Of a stretch of DNA of 32,000 nucleotides, positions 6,681 to 15,354 are shown piece by piece; position 1 is the stretch's first letter, and every line of letters starts with the position of its first letter. Below the pieces are notes generated by a model that saw only the letters and a list, made by a program, of their open reading frames with translations, was not told where the DNA came from and did not search any database. This DNA comes from an uncultured Opitutales bacterium (GTDB taxonomy: Bacteria > Verrucomicrobiota > Verrucomicrobiia > Opitutales > Intestinicryptomonadaceae), in NCBI GenBank assembly GCA_934613415.1, contig CAKTSY010000003.1, positions 180,001-212,000 of the forward strand. Reading direction: 5' to 3'. Both the position numbers and the translations under genes were made by a program.

Positions 6681-8210
6681 ATGAAGAACTTTGCATGTAT
6701 TTTTTTCTTTTGCATTTTAGCTTGCGGCTGTGCAGCCCAACAAAACCAGCCGCAAGAAAGCGGCGCGTTTAAGCTTGCAACCCGCAATGCGCCCCAAGCA
6801 GCCGAAAGAGACGACGACGAAGACGAAAACGATGAAGCCGAACCTGCCGTTTTTAATTCGGTTGTAAAGATTCAAACAACGTCGTGCTCGCCCGACTTTA
6901 TTTCGCCTTGGGCAAACCGCCCCCAACAGCAAAGTTCGGGCACAGGCTTTGTTATAGACGGCAACCTTATTCTTACCAACGCCCACAATGTTGCCGACGC
7001 CACCTACATTACGGTGTCAAAAAACAACGACGGCTTCCCCACCACGGCAAAGGTTTTTGCAGTTTGCCACGACAGCGACTTGGCGTTGCTTAAAGTGCAA
7101 AACGAAAACTTTTTTAAGGGGACAATCCCACTGCAACTTGGCGAAACGCCGAAAATTCAAAGTGTTGTAAAGGCTGTTGGCTACCCCATTGGCGGCAACG
7201 AAATTTCGGTAACGCAAGGCATAATTTCGCGCATAGAGTGCGTAGATTACGCGCAGTCGTTTTACGGCAACTATTTGGCTGCCCAGCTAGACGCAGCCAT
7301 AAACCCCGGCAACAGCGGCGGTCCCGTTCTATACAACGGTAAAGTTGTGGGCATTGCCTTTCAGGTAGACGTTTCGGGCGAAGGCATTGGCTATATGATT
7401 CATTCGGACGTAATTAAACGCTTCCTTAAAGACGCCCAAGACGGCAAGATAGACGGCTACGGCGTTATGGGCATAAGAAATCAGGACCTGCTTTTAAACC
7501 CCGACGCCCGCAAAGCCCTTAACTTAAGGGAGGGGCAAAGCGGAGCCGTTGTCGCAGACCTTTTAAAATCGGTGCAGGCCGATCCCGCCATTATGGTAAA
7601 CGACGTTATAACCGCAATAGACGGCTATAAAATAAGCAACAATATGAACATAAAAAACCGCCGCGGTCAAAACGTGCGTCTAGAAACCGTTGTTGCCGAA
7701 AAGCAGCTTGGCGAATATGTAACGCTTTCGGTTTTGCGCAACGGCAAAGAGTTTACAAGCAAAGTTAAAGTGTGCAAGCCGTGGCGCAAAGTTGCCCCCT
7801 TTGTGTACGACAGCCGCCCAAAATATCTGCTGGCAGGCGGGCTTGTGTTCTCCACGCTGTCGCTTAGCTACATGGGCGACTTAGCCGACGACACTCCCCC
7901 GCAGTTTGCCAAAATGCTCGGCGAATTCAAAGACGACCCCGACTTTGAATATATTGTTTTAACCCAAGTTTTGGGCGACGAAACCACAACGGGCTACCAA
8001 ACCATTGGCGCGCAACTTTTAGAAAGCGTAAACGGCAACCGCGTAAAAACACTAGGCGAACTTGCAAAAATTGTAGACGCCCAAAAGTCGGGCTATTTGT
8101 CGTTTAAATTTGAAGGCGGGCTTTTGCTTGTTGTGGACGCAGCAAAAATAAAAAGCGCAATGCCCGACATATTAAAACGCTACAACATTGCAAAAGACCG
8201 CAATTTATAG
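6681..8210 (+). CDS. Deg/HtrA-family (S1C) serine protease with C-terminal PDZ-type domains, probable lipoprotein
   Basis: Trypsin-fold triad context is present: LTNAHNV (His), HDSDLALLKV (Asp), INPGNSGGPV (Ser). I moved the start to ATG 6681 because MKNFACIFFFCILAC-GC looks like a lipoprotein signal, while the listed upstream extension has no signal. An acidic linker (AERDDDEDENDEAEP) follows the signal. The C-terminal half (…PKYLLAGGLVFSTLSLSYM…) resembles the PDZ arrangement of plant Deg / Nma111-type proteases. Confidence 0.8.
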   Translation: MKNFACIFFFCILACGCAAQQNQPQESGAFKLATRNAPQAAERDDDEDENDEAEPAVFNSVVKIQTTSCSPDFISPWANRPQQQSSGTGFVIDGNLILTNAHNVADATYITVSKNNDGFPTTAKVFAVCHDSDLALLKVQNENFFKGTIPLQLGETPKIQSVVKAVGYPIGGNEISVTQGIISRIECVDYAQSFYGNYLAAQLDAAINPGNSGGPVLYNGKVVGIAFQVDVSGEGIGYMIHSDVIKRFLKDAQDGKIDGYGVMGIRNQDLLLNPDARKALNLREGQSGAVVADLLKSVQADPAIMVNDVITAIDGYKISNNMNIKNRRGQNVRLETVVAEKQLGEYVTLSVLRNGKEFTSKVKVCKPWRKVAPFVYDSRPKYLLAGGLVFSTLSLSYMGDLADDTPPQFAKMLGEFKDDPDFEYIVLTQVLGDETTTGYQTIGAQLLESVNGNRVKTLGELAKIVDAQKSGYLSFKFEGGLLLVVDAAKIKSAMPDILKRYNIAKDRNL

Positions 8211-8289
8211 AAATTGTCTTTACAGAAAGTTTTTCCGCATATTTAATTTTCGGCGTTATTGGGAATTCCACTGCAACGAAATTAATACT

Positions 8290-10104
8290 ATGAGGAAATT
8301 ATTAACAACAATTCTTGCCTTTCTGTTCTTTGGCAACCTTTTTGCGCTAGACAGAGCCACCGTTACAATACTCTTGTCGGACAAAACAACCGAAACAAGA
8401 ACCGTTAGCCTTACAAAAATAGGCGAAAACGCCTACCGCTTTAGGCTGCCTACCGCCGAAATTCCGCGCAACGCCCTTTCCGTTGAAGTTGTAAACGACT
8501 GGGCAACCGCCAAAAAAGGCGACGACGGCTATTTTATTACACCCGACTGCCACTTGGGCACATTCAGAGCCGACAAAGGCCAATATATAAGCTACCGAAA
8601 CCGCGTTTGCATGTACGGCATGAAAGGCCCAAAAGGCACATTCGTAGGCATAATGAAGGGGCTTAAGATGGAGCAAAAAGTGTATGTACGCGTAGACAGG
8701 GGCGTTTACAAGCTTATGGTTGTATACAACCTAAGGCTTACCGAATTTGAACCCTACGAAGACATTGTTATAGACTACCACAAGCTGGAGGGCAAAAATG
8801 CAAACTATGCGGGCATGGCAAAAGTCTACCGCCAATACCAGCTTGACCGCAACGAAGTTGTGCCCCTAAAAGAAAGGGTTAAAAACAATCCCGTTTTGGA
8901 TTTTACCGCAAAATCAATTTATGTAAGAATAAAGCTTGGCAGGTGCGACCGCAGGGCATACCCGCCCTCGGAATGGGGCAAGCGCGAATTCCCGCTTGTT
9001 GTAGACCACCACTTTAACGAAGTGCAGGACATTATGAAGGGAATGAAAGCCCTTAATGTTAACAACGCCGAAGTTTGCCTTGTTGGCTGGCAAAAAGGCG
9101 GTCACGACGGGCCTTTTCCCGACTATTTCCCCGTACCGCAGGAGTTTGGCGGCATAGAGAAAATGCGCGAAACAATCGACTTGGGCAAAAGCTTGGGCTA
9201 TGCAATGACTGTTCACGTTAACCACACAAGTTTTTACCTTAAATCTACAAGGCTGCACCCCGACGACCTTTCGCAGACTATAGACGGCAAATTGCGCCGC
9301 TACACATTCTGGCCTGGCGGGCAGGCGTATCATGCGTGTTTCCAAACCGTATGCAACCGCTATGTAGACGAAGACATTAAAACATTTAAAGACTTGGGAA
9401 TAAACGGAACTTTCCATGTAGACGTAACTTCCGCCCGCTGGCCCGACCCCTGCCACGCCCCCACGCACGCCAACAACCGCAAGCAGGTTGTAGAATGGCA
9501 AAACGCCGTAAACCAAAAGCTTAAAGACGCCTTTGGCGGCTATAGCTCGGAATGCACGCTGGACCACGTTGCCAAAACGCTAGACTACGGCTTGTATGTT
9601 TCGTGGATAGGCGAAGAAGCAACAAAAAAAGGCTACTTGCTAGACCGCCCCGTTCCGCTTTCCGAATTGGTATACCACGGCATTATTTTAAGCAATCCCT
9701 TCTACGGCACAATAGACGCCCCGTACGAACGCGGCGAAGACAAGCTTTCCGACGTAAAAGAATCGTACGCGTATTTGGGCACGCCCGCAAACAGAATGCT
9801 TAAGGTTGTAGAATTCGGCGGCAGACCCTCGTTTTACTATGTGGACTATAAAGACCTAAAACCTTTGGCCAATATGTATGACGAATACGAAAAAATCAAG
9901 TGGCTGCAGTTCGAATTTATGCAAGACCACAAGCAGCTTGAAAAAGACGTGTTCCTTACCGCGTATTCCGACAATACCAGAATTGTTTGCAACTACAACA
10001 CTTCGCCCGTAAAGTTCGATGGCTTTAGCGTTCCCGCAAAAGGCTACGTTGTTTTTAAGAAGGGCGAAAAAAGACCCAGCATAACGCATTCGTACGCAAA
10101 CTAA
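8290..10104 (+). CDS. Secreted protein of unassigned family, probable (beta/alpha)8 glycoside-hydrolase-like enzyme (paralog A)
   Basis: I moved the start to ATG 8290 because MRKLLTTILAFLFFGNLFA-LD is a signal peptide. The 34 codons upstream in the listed ORF overlap the protease stop and look non-coding. Motifs conserved with paralog B are VCLVGWQKGGHDGPFPDYFPV, GKSLGYAMTVHVNH, WPGGQAY, FHVDVT, AFGGYSSE, LDYGLY, VYHGIILSNP and GGRPSFYY. The alternating pattern with conserved D/E after hydrophobic strands suggests a TIM-barrel hydrolase, but I do not recognise the family. Confidence 0.75.
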   Translation: MRKLLTTILAFLFFGNLFALDRATVTILLSDKTTETRTVSLTKIGENAYRFRLPTAEIPRNALSVEVVNDWATAKKGDDGYFITPDCHLGTFRADKGQYISYRNRVCMYGMKGPKGTFVGIMKGLKMEQKVYVRVDRGVYKLMVVYNLRLTEFEPYEDIVIDYHKLEGKNANYAGMAKVYRQYQLDRNEVVPLKERVKNNPVLDFTAKSIYVRIKLGRCDRRAYPPSEWGKREFPLVVDHHFNEVQDIMKGMKALNVNNAEVCLVGWQKGGHDGPFPDYFPVPQEFGGIEKMRETIDLGKSLGYAMTVHVNHTSFYLKSTRLHPDDLSQTIDGKLRRYTFWPGGQAYHACFQTVCNRYVDEDIKTFKDLGINGTFHVDVTSARWPDPCHAPTHANNRKQVVEWQNAVNQKLKDAFGGYSSECTLDHVAKTLDYGLYVSWIGEEATKKGYLLDRPVPLSELVYHGIILSNPFYGTIDAPYERGEDKLSDVKESYAYLGTPANRMLKVVEFGGRPSFYYVDYKDLKPLANMYDEYEKIKWLQFEFMQDHKQLEKDVFLTAYSDNTRIVCNYNTSPVKFDGFSVPAKGYVVFKKGEKRPSITHSYAN

Positions 10105-10124
10105 ATTTGCGGAAATTATAAAGG

Positions 10125-10160
10125 AAAATGCACAAAGCGAATTTGCCTTGTGCATTTTTT
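10125..10160. terminator. Bidirectional terminator between the convergent paralogs
   Basis: aaaatgcacaa (10125..10135) pairs with ttgtgcatttt (10148..10158). The T run extends to 10160 on the + strand and an A run precedes the stem, giving U-rich tails on both strands. It lies in the 73-nt gap between the two stop codons. Confidence 0.65.
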
Positions 10161-10177
10161 GTTGCCAATAAAAGCCC

Positions 10178-12085
10178 CTAGTTGTTCCACCAGTCCAAAA
10201 TGCTTTTGTAGGCTTTTTTTACACCGTCTTTAGTTGTTTCGGCGGCCTCTTGGGCGGCATTTTTAACGCTTTCGGCAGCGTCGTTTACTCCGTCTTTTAC
10301 GGTTTTCATATTGCCTTTAAAAAGCTTCCAGCTGTGGCGGCGTATAACCTCGTCTTTATACTCTATGTCGCGGTCCGAATAGTTTACAACGGTTTCGCTG
10401 CCGTCCGAATAGGTTGTTACAAAAACCTTGTTCTCTATTTGACGGTGATCTTCTATTGTGTAGTACTGCAAATACGAAAGCTTTTCGTAGTCTAAATACG
10501 CCTCTTTTATGCCGTTTAAGTCGCCCTTGTAGTTTGTCCAATAAAAAGTGGGGCGGCCGCCGCATTCTATAAGCTTTAGCCTGTAGTCGTGGCCTTCGGG
10601 CAAAAGGTAGGCGTCTATTGTAAGCCATTCGGGGTTGCTTAAAATATAGCCGTGGTAAACAATCTGCCAAATTGGGTAAACTTCCTTTTCAAGCATGCAA
10701 TCTACAACCACTTTGTTCTTTGCCTTAAGCTCGGCTAAAAGGTTGCTTGTATACAAAGCATAGTCTAGCACGCTGGCATCGTGGTCTATGCCGGCTTCGG
10801 AGGTAAAACCGCCGAAGGCTTTGCGGTATTTTTCGGCAATCTTTATGTGGTATTGCCTTTGAATTTCCCTGTTGGCAGGGTGTAGCGGGTTGCAGCATGG
10901 GGTGGGCTTATTTGCGGTAGAAACGTCTACATGCTGGGGCGCGTTAAGCCCCATTGCCTTTAAGTGCTCTATGTCGGAATCTATAATTCTGTCGCATATA
11001 ACCTGATAGCAACTGTAGTAGGCTTTGCCCCCCGGCCAAACCGTGTAAACCCTCGGCTCGCCCTTCTTGTTCCACGAAACGTCCTTTTCGCTCCAGCGCT
11101 TGGCGCGCTTGTAGTAGTTGTGGTTGTTTATATGTGTTGTCATATTATACCCCAGGCTTTTGCCGTAGCTAATTGCCTCTTTCATTTTAGCCTCGCCGCC
11201 AAGCCTTTCTTCTACGGGAAACAGGTCGGGGAAATACCCGTCAAAACCGCCCGTTTGCCAGCCCACAAAGCATACATCGGCCTTCTTTACGCCCAAGTCG
11301 TACATCTTGGTCATAATATCTTTTACCGAATCGAAAGTGTGCATAATGTTAAGCTCGTGCTTCATTGTATCCCACTTAGGGTCGTTTGCCGAAAAGTTCG
11401 ACTTTGGCCTTTTGTTGTTTGCCATTTTTATCCTTACAAAAATAGATTCTACAGTGTTTTTTAACTGCGGATTGTTTTTTACCCTTTCGCTTAAAGGCAC
11501 AATTTCGCCGCGAGAAACCTGATAGTCTCTATACTTTTTGCAAATGCCAACATAGTTGCCGTTTTGGGCGTCTAGCTCGTAGAAATCAACAACCAAGTCT
11601 TCGTAGGGGTCGAAATCTATGCGTGAAATTTCGAAGCGCGGCGCAATTTTATATTCGCCGTCTTTTACCGAAACAATCATCGAATATTCAAGGCTAAGCC
11701 CCTTTACAATGGCGATATACGTTCCCGAATTTTTCTTTATGCCGTAGAATTTCATTTCGGGCTGGGGGAAAACGTTGCGCCCGTTGTCGTACTTAAACTT
11801 GCCGAGCATGCCCTTGCTTACAGAGGGGATTATATAGTAGCCATTGTCGCCCTTTTGGGCGGTAAAGTCGTCGGTATAAACGTGTATGTCGCGCGTGTTT
11901 CTGTCTATTTCGGCTATGGGTATTCTAAGGCGCATTGCGCCGTCGGCCTGCCTTTCAAGCGAAACGCTTTTTGTGTTTGTTTTGCCGTCTAGCATTTCCA
12001 TTTTTAGCACGGCTTTTTGCGACAATGCAAAACTAAAAGCGCAAAGAGCAAAGCAGCCTATAATTGCAAATACATACTTTTTCAT
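10178..12085 (-). CDS. Secreted protein of unassigned family, probable glycoside-hydrolase-like enzyme (paralog B) with charged C-terminal tail
   Basis: The signal peptide is MKKYVFAIIGCFALCAFSFALS-Q. It is collinear with paralog A and shares the motifs VCFVGWQTGGFDGYFPDLFPV, GKSLGYNMTTHINN, WPGGKAY, QHVDVS, AFGGFTSE, LDYALY, VYHGYILSNP and GGRPTFYW. An extra ~45-aa K/A/E-rich tail (KTVKDGVNDAAESVKNAAQEAAETTKDGVKKAYKSILDWWNN) is absent from paralog A. Confidence 0.8.
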   Translation of the reverse strand: MKKYVFAIIGCFALCAFSFALSQKAVLKMEMLDGKTNTKSVSLERQADGAMRLRIPIAEIDRNTRDIHVYTDDFTAQKGDNGYYIIPSVSKGMLGKFKYDNGRNVFPQPEMKFYGIKKNSGTYIAIVKGLSLEYSMIVSVKDGEYKIAPRFEISRIDFDPYEDLVVDFYELDAQNGNYVGICKKYRDYQVSRGEIVPLSERVKNNPQLKNTVESIFVRIKMANNKRPKSNFSANDPKWDTMKHELNIMHTFDSVKDIMTKMYDLGVKKADVCFVGWQTGGFDGYFPDLFPVEERLGGEAKMKEAISYGKSLGYNMTTHINNHNYYKRAKRWSEKDVSWNKKGEPRVYTVWPGGKAYYSCYQVICDRIIDSDIEHLKAMGLNAPQHVDVSTANKPTPCCNPLHPANREIQRQYHIKIAEKYRKAFGGFTSEAGIDHDASVLDYALYTSNLLAELKAKNKVVVDCMLEKEVYPIWQIVYHGYILSNPEWLTIDAYLLPEGHDYRLKLIECGGRPTFYWTNYKGDLNGIKEAYLDYEKLSYLQYYTIEDHRQIENKVFVTTYSDGSETVVNYSDRDIEYKDEVIRRHSWKLFKGNMKTVKDGVNDAAESVKNAAQEAAETTKDGVKKAYKSILDWWNN

Positions 12086-12163
12086 ACACGGCAGAAGCTA
12101 GGAGGCAAAAAACGGGCTGTCAAACATAAAGCTTTTGCCAAAACAGCAAAAAGTTTGCCAGAG

Positions 12164-12640
12164 CTATTTGTCTTTTATTATATCGGCAAGGGAAATATCT
12201 ACGCATTTTTGCAAATTTGCAAACGACGTTTTTACCTGCGCGCCAACTTTGCCCGCGCTAAAATATATTTCGGGGAAATTTGCCGCCGTTTTGTGCGCAA
12301 AAGTTTTGTAGTGCTTTTTCATGCCCACGGGCGAGCACCCGCCGTGAACATAGCCGGTAAGCGGCAGCAATTCCTTTGCCTTAAGCATTTCCATAAACTT
12401 TTCGTTTGCCGCCGAAGCCGCTTTTTTTAAGTCTAGCTCTTCCGCAACTGGAACCATAAACACATATATTTTACTCGTTTTGCCGCGGGCAACCAAAGTC
12501 TTAAAAACGCATTCCACATTCTCGCCCAAAATGCCCGCAATTTGCGAACCCGTTAAGGTCGGGTCGGCATCGTAAAAGAAAAATTGGTAGGCAATTTTCT
12601 TAGAATCTAAAACACGCATTACGTTTGTCTTTTCGGCCAT
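12164..12640 (-). CDS. ybaK: Cys-tRNA(Pro)/Cys-tRNA(Cys) deacylase, YbaK/EbsC family
   Basis: MRVLDSKKIAYQ…, the FKTLVA lysine motif and GYVHGGCSPVGMKK are characteristic of free-standing YbaK editing domains. I moved the start to ATG 12640 (MAEKTNVMRVL…) to give a typical length. The listed 13-codon extension is uncertain. Confidence 0.75.
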   Translation of the reverse strand: MAEKTNVMRVLDSKKIAYQFFFYDADPTLTGSQIAGILGENVECVFKTLVARGKTSKIYVFMVPVAEELDLKKAASAANEKFMEMLKAKELLPLTGYVHGGCSPVGMKKHYKTFAHKTAANFPEIYFSAGKVGAQVKTSFANLQKCVDISLADIIKDK

Positions 12641-12686
12641 ACCAAAAAATATTTTACCAAAAAAACGCGTTTGCAACACAAAAAAG

Positions 12687-13265
12687 CTAGGCTTTTATTG
12701 TGGCGTATAAATTCATCATTTCCTTTTTTGTGTCGGCGTAAAAGTTGTAGTTTTTAACAACATAGGGCAGATAGTTTGTGCCGCCGTCGAAAACGTAAAG
12801 AATAAGCCTTGCAATGTATTGGCTGCTTAAATCCTTTCGTATTTCGCCGCTTTTTTGCCCGTTTTTTATAACGTGCTCAAACTCCCTAAAATACTCGCCA
12901 AACATCTCCTTAATTACGCTGTAGCGTCTAAGCGATTGGTAGAAAATGCCGTTGTAGTTTTCCATCGCAATTTTTTTTGAATCGGAATCTATCAAAAGCT
13001 CTTTTTCTATGCTGTGATACACTTTTATGGTATGCTTAATAAGCTCCATAACCGTCATTTTTGCGGAGTTGTCTTCGTTTAAGCGGTAGCGCAAAAGCAG
13101 ATATGTTTTTACCGCATCTATCAAAAGCTCGTCTTTATTCGAAAAATAGTGGTATATGAGCGCGCGCGAAACGCTGGCAGCCTTTTGAATGTCGCTTATG
13201 GATATTGCGTCTAGCCCCTTTTCGAGTATAAGCCTGAAAGTTTGCCTTACTATGTTTTCCCTCAT
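12687..13265 (-). CDS. TetR/AcrR-family transcriptional regulator
   Basis: The N-terminal TetR HTH is FRLILEKGLDAISISDIQKAASVSRALIYHYFSNKDELL, followed by a helical C-terminal ligand domain. Its ATG (13265..13263) lies one nucleotide after the shc stop codon (13269..13267). Confidence 0.85.
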   Translation of the reverse strand: MRENIVRQTFRLILEKGLDAISISDIQKAASVSRALIYHYFSNKDELLIDAVKTYLLLRYRLNEDNSAKMTVMELIKHTIKVYHSIEKELLIDSDSKKIAMENYNGIFYQSLRRYSVIKEMFGEYFREFEHVIKNGQKSGEIRKDLSSQYIARLILYVFDGGTNYLPYVVKNYNFYADTKKEMMNLYATIKA

Positions 13266-13266
13266 A

Positions 13267-15279
13267 TTAAGCTTCGCTTTCGCACAAAATTTTTGCCCTG
13301 CCCAAAGCCTGAATGGGGAAATAGTGCCTGTACCAATTATAGTTAAGCATAAAGCCCCTCGACAAATCCTTGCCCTGCGGCAGGGTTTTACCCGCCCTTA
13401 GGTCTACCTTAGCTCCCAACCCGTAGCCGGGGAAGCCCGTGCCAGTATAGTAGGGCTCGCTCCAAGTGCCGTCGTCGGTCTGCGTTCTGCCGAAAAATTC
13501 TACCGCCCTTTTAATGTTGGGCAAATAGGTTTTGTCGCCACAGGCAATCAACGCCATTGTAGCCCACGCCGTTTGCGAGGCGGTAGACGGAATGCCCGTT
13601 CCCGAATATTTGGGCTCCATATAAGAGGCCACGCTTTCGCCCCAGCCGCCGTCTTTATTCTGTTTTGAAACGAGCCACTCAACGGCTCTTTTCATTGGCG
13701 CAAAATCGGTCGTTTCGCCGCAGGCGGCCATTGCCATAACGGCCGACCACGTTCCGTAAATATAGTTTACGCCCCATCTGCCGAACCACGAACCGTCGTC
13801 TTCCTGCTCGTTATACAAAAACTCCAACGCCCTTACAATTACGGGATTGTCTTTTTTGTATCCGCAATACATCAAAGCCTCCACAACGTGGGCGGTAAGG
13901 TCTGCGCTTGGAGGGTCTAGCACTTCGCCGAAATCGCAAAAGGGAATTTTTGTTACAATATTGCGCGTGTTGTCTTTATCGAACGCCGCCCAGCCGCCGT
14001 TTTTGCACTGCATACATAAAATCCAATCTATGGCGCGCCTAACGGCGGCGTCTATGTCGGCAATAACGGGGTTGCCGGGGTTTGCCGTTCTCTTAAGTTT
14101 CTCGAGCGCAATTATTGCAACGGCAGCGTCGTCTACATCGGGGTAGTAGGCGTTTGCGCGCTGGAACGCCCAGCCGCTCGGCTTTACAACCTTGCCAACT
14201 TTTACCGCCCAGTCGCCGTAGCTTGAATTTTCCTTCGACAACACATAGCTTAAAGCCTTTTGCAGTTCTTTAGAATTTTCCAAAGTTTCGCCCGCGTCTA
14301 CAAGGGCGGTTATTGTAAGCAATGTGTCCCACACGGGGCTTTCCGAAGCCTGAAGCATTATGGTGTTGTTCTTTTCAACCTTCCAGTGGGCGTCGAATGC
14401 CTCTATTGCCCGCTTCATATTCTCCTGCTCTTGCGAATAGCCTTCTATATGCATTGCAATAATCGTGTATATCCACGGGGGCTGAATGCCGCCCCAAGCC
14501 CCATCTTCGTCCTGGTGCTCTAGCAGCCACTCCATTACCCTTTTAATTGCAACTTCTTTAAGGGGGTTTTTCTTTACTTTGCCGTAGAAATGCAAGGCCG
14601 AGTCTACCTTCATAAAAATGGAAGCCCACGAGAATGTTTTGGCGTCGTTTTTAAGCGACAAGTCGTAGGCGGCTCTGCCCTTCGGGTATAGCTCGTCTAA
14701 ACGCAGGTTTTCGGGCAGGGGTTTTACGGGTCTGCGCGCCGTTACAATCGAAAGCGGCAGCATTGTGCACCTTGCCCAGGCAGCAAAGTCGTAGATATTA
14801 AAGGGGCACCACGGCGGCATAAATATTATTTCGGGCGGCAGATACGGGGTGTCTTCCCAGCGCCATTCGCCGAAAAGAGCCAGCCAATATTTTGTAAACA
14901 CCCTTATGTTGCTTTGCCAGTTGTTGTCTACAAGCCACTTTGCGGCCTTTTTCATATGCTCGCTGTTCGGGTCTTCGCCCGAAATTCTAAGCGCGAAATA
15001 CGATTCAAGCGTTGTGTTTACATCGCCCTTTTCGGCGTCGAAATAAACGTCCCAAGCTCCGTCTTTGCGCTGCTTGCTTTTTATATATTCAAGCACCATC
15101 GGCTTTTTGTAGTCGTCGCGGCCGATAAAATCCATCGCCAAAATCCACTGGCTTTCCATGCAGCAGTTTGTTTCTAGCGGCGCGCACCACATACCGTCGG
15201 GCGACTGCCTTGCCTTTATCCACTTAACAGCGTTTTTTAAAACCTGCTCCGAAATTTTGTGCGAACAATCCGTATTCAT
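13267..15279 (-). CDS. shc: Squalene-hopene cyclase (class II triterpene cyclase)
   Basis: The DxDD catalytic motif appears in AYYPDVDDAAVAI, which is the SHC type and not the VxDCTA motif of oxidosqualene cyclases. Multiple QW-type repeats are present (e.g. KARQSPDGMW, SKQRKDGAW, EHQDEDGAWGG, CMQCKNGGW, NEQEDDGSWFGRWG, SKQNKDGGWGE, RTQTDDGTW). I chose the start at ATG 15279 (MNTDCSHKISEQVLKNAV…). The listed 19-codon upstream extension is hydrophobic and AT-rich. Confidence 0.9.
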   Translation of the reverse strand: MNTDCSHKISEQVLKNAVKWIKARQSPDGMWCAPLETNCCMESQWILAMDFIGRDDYKKPMVLEYIKSKQRKDGAWDVYFDAEKGDVNTTLESYFALRISGEDPNSEHMKKAAKWLVDNNWQSNIRVFTKYWLALFGEWRWEDTPYLPPEIIFMPPWCPFNIYDFAAWARCTMLPLSIVTARRPVKPLPENLRLDELYPKGRAAYDLSLKNDAKTFSWASIFMKVDSALHFYGKVKKNPLKEVAIKRVMEWLLEHQDEDGAWGGIQPPWIYTIIAMHIEGYSQEQENMKRAIEAFDAHWKVEKNNTIMLQASESPVWDTLLTITALVDAGETLENSKELQKALSYVLSKENSSYGDWAVKVGKVVKPSGWAFQRANAYYPDVDDAAVAIIALEKLKRTANPGNPVIADIDAAVRRAIDWILCMQCKNGGWAAFDKDNTRNIVTKIPFCDFGEVLDPPSADLTAHVVEALMYCGYKKDNPVIVRALEFLYNEQEDDGSWFGRWGVNYIYGTWSAVMAMAACGETTDFAPMKRAVEWLVSKQNKDGGWGESVASYMEPKYSGTGIPSTASQTAWATMALIACGDKTYLPNIKRAVEFFGRTQTDDGTWSEPYYTGTGFPGYGLGAKVDLRAGKTLPQGKDLSRGFMLNYNWYRHYFPIQALGRAKILCESEA

Positions 15280-15354
15280 AAATAGTCTGAAAGAATAAAA
15301 TGCAAATGATGCCGAAAATCGAAAAATAGAAAGCAAAAATTGTCAAGCGTAAAC

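Noticed and set aside
8188-8289. N-terminal extensions of several listed ORFs (8188, 6636, 15336, 17929, 21445, 22119, 26641, 30714, 31738, 12679)
   Set aside because: The extensions begin at alternative or weak starts, overlap upstream genes or AT-rich spacers, and precede obvious signal peptides or family-typical N-termini. The internal ATG starts were preferred, and residual uncertainty is noted per feature.
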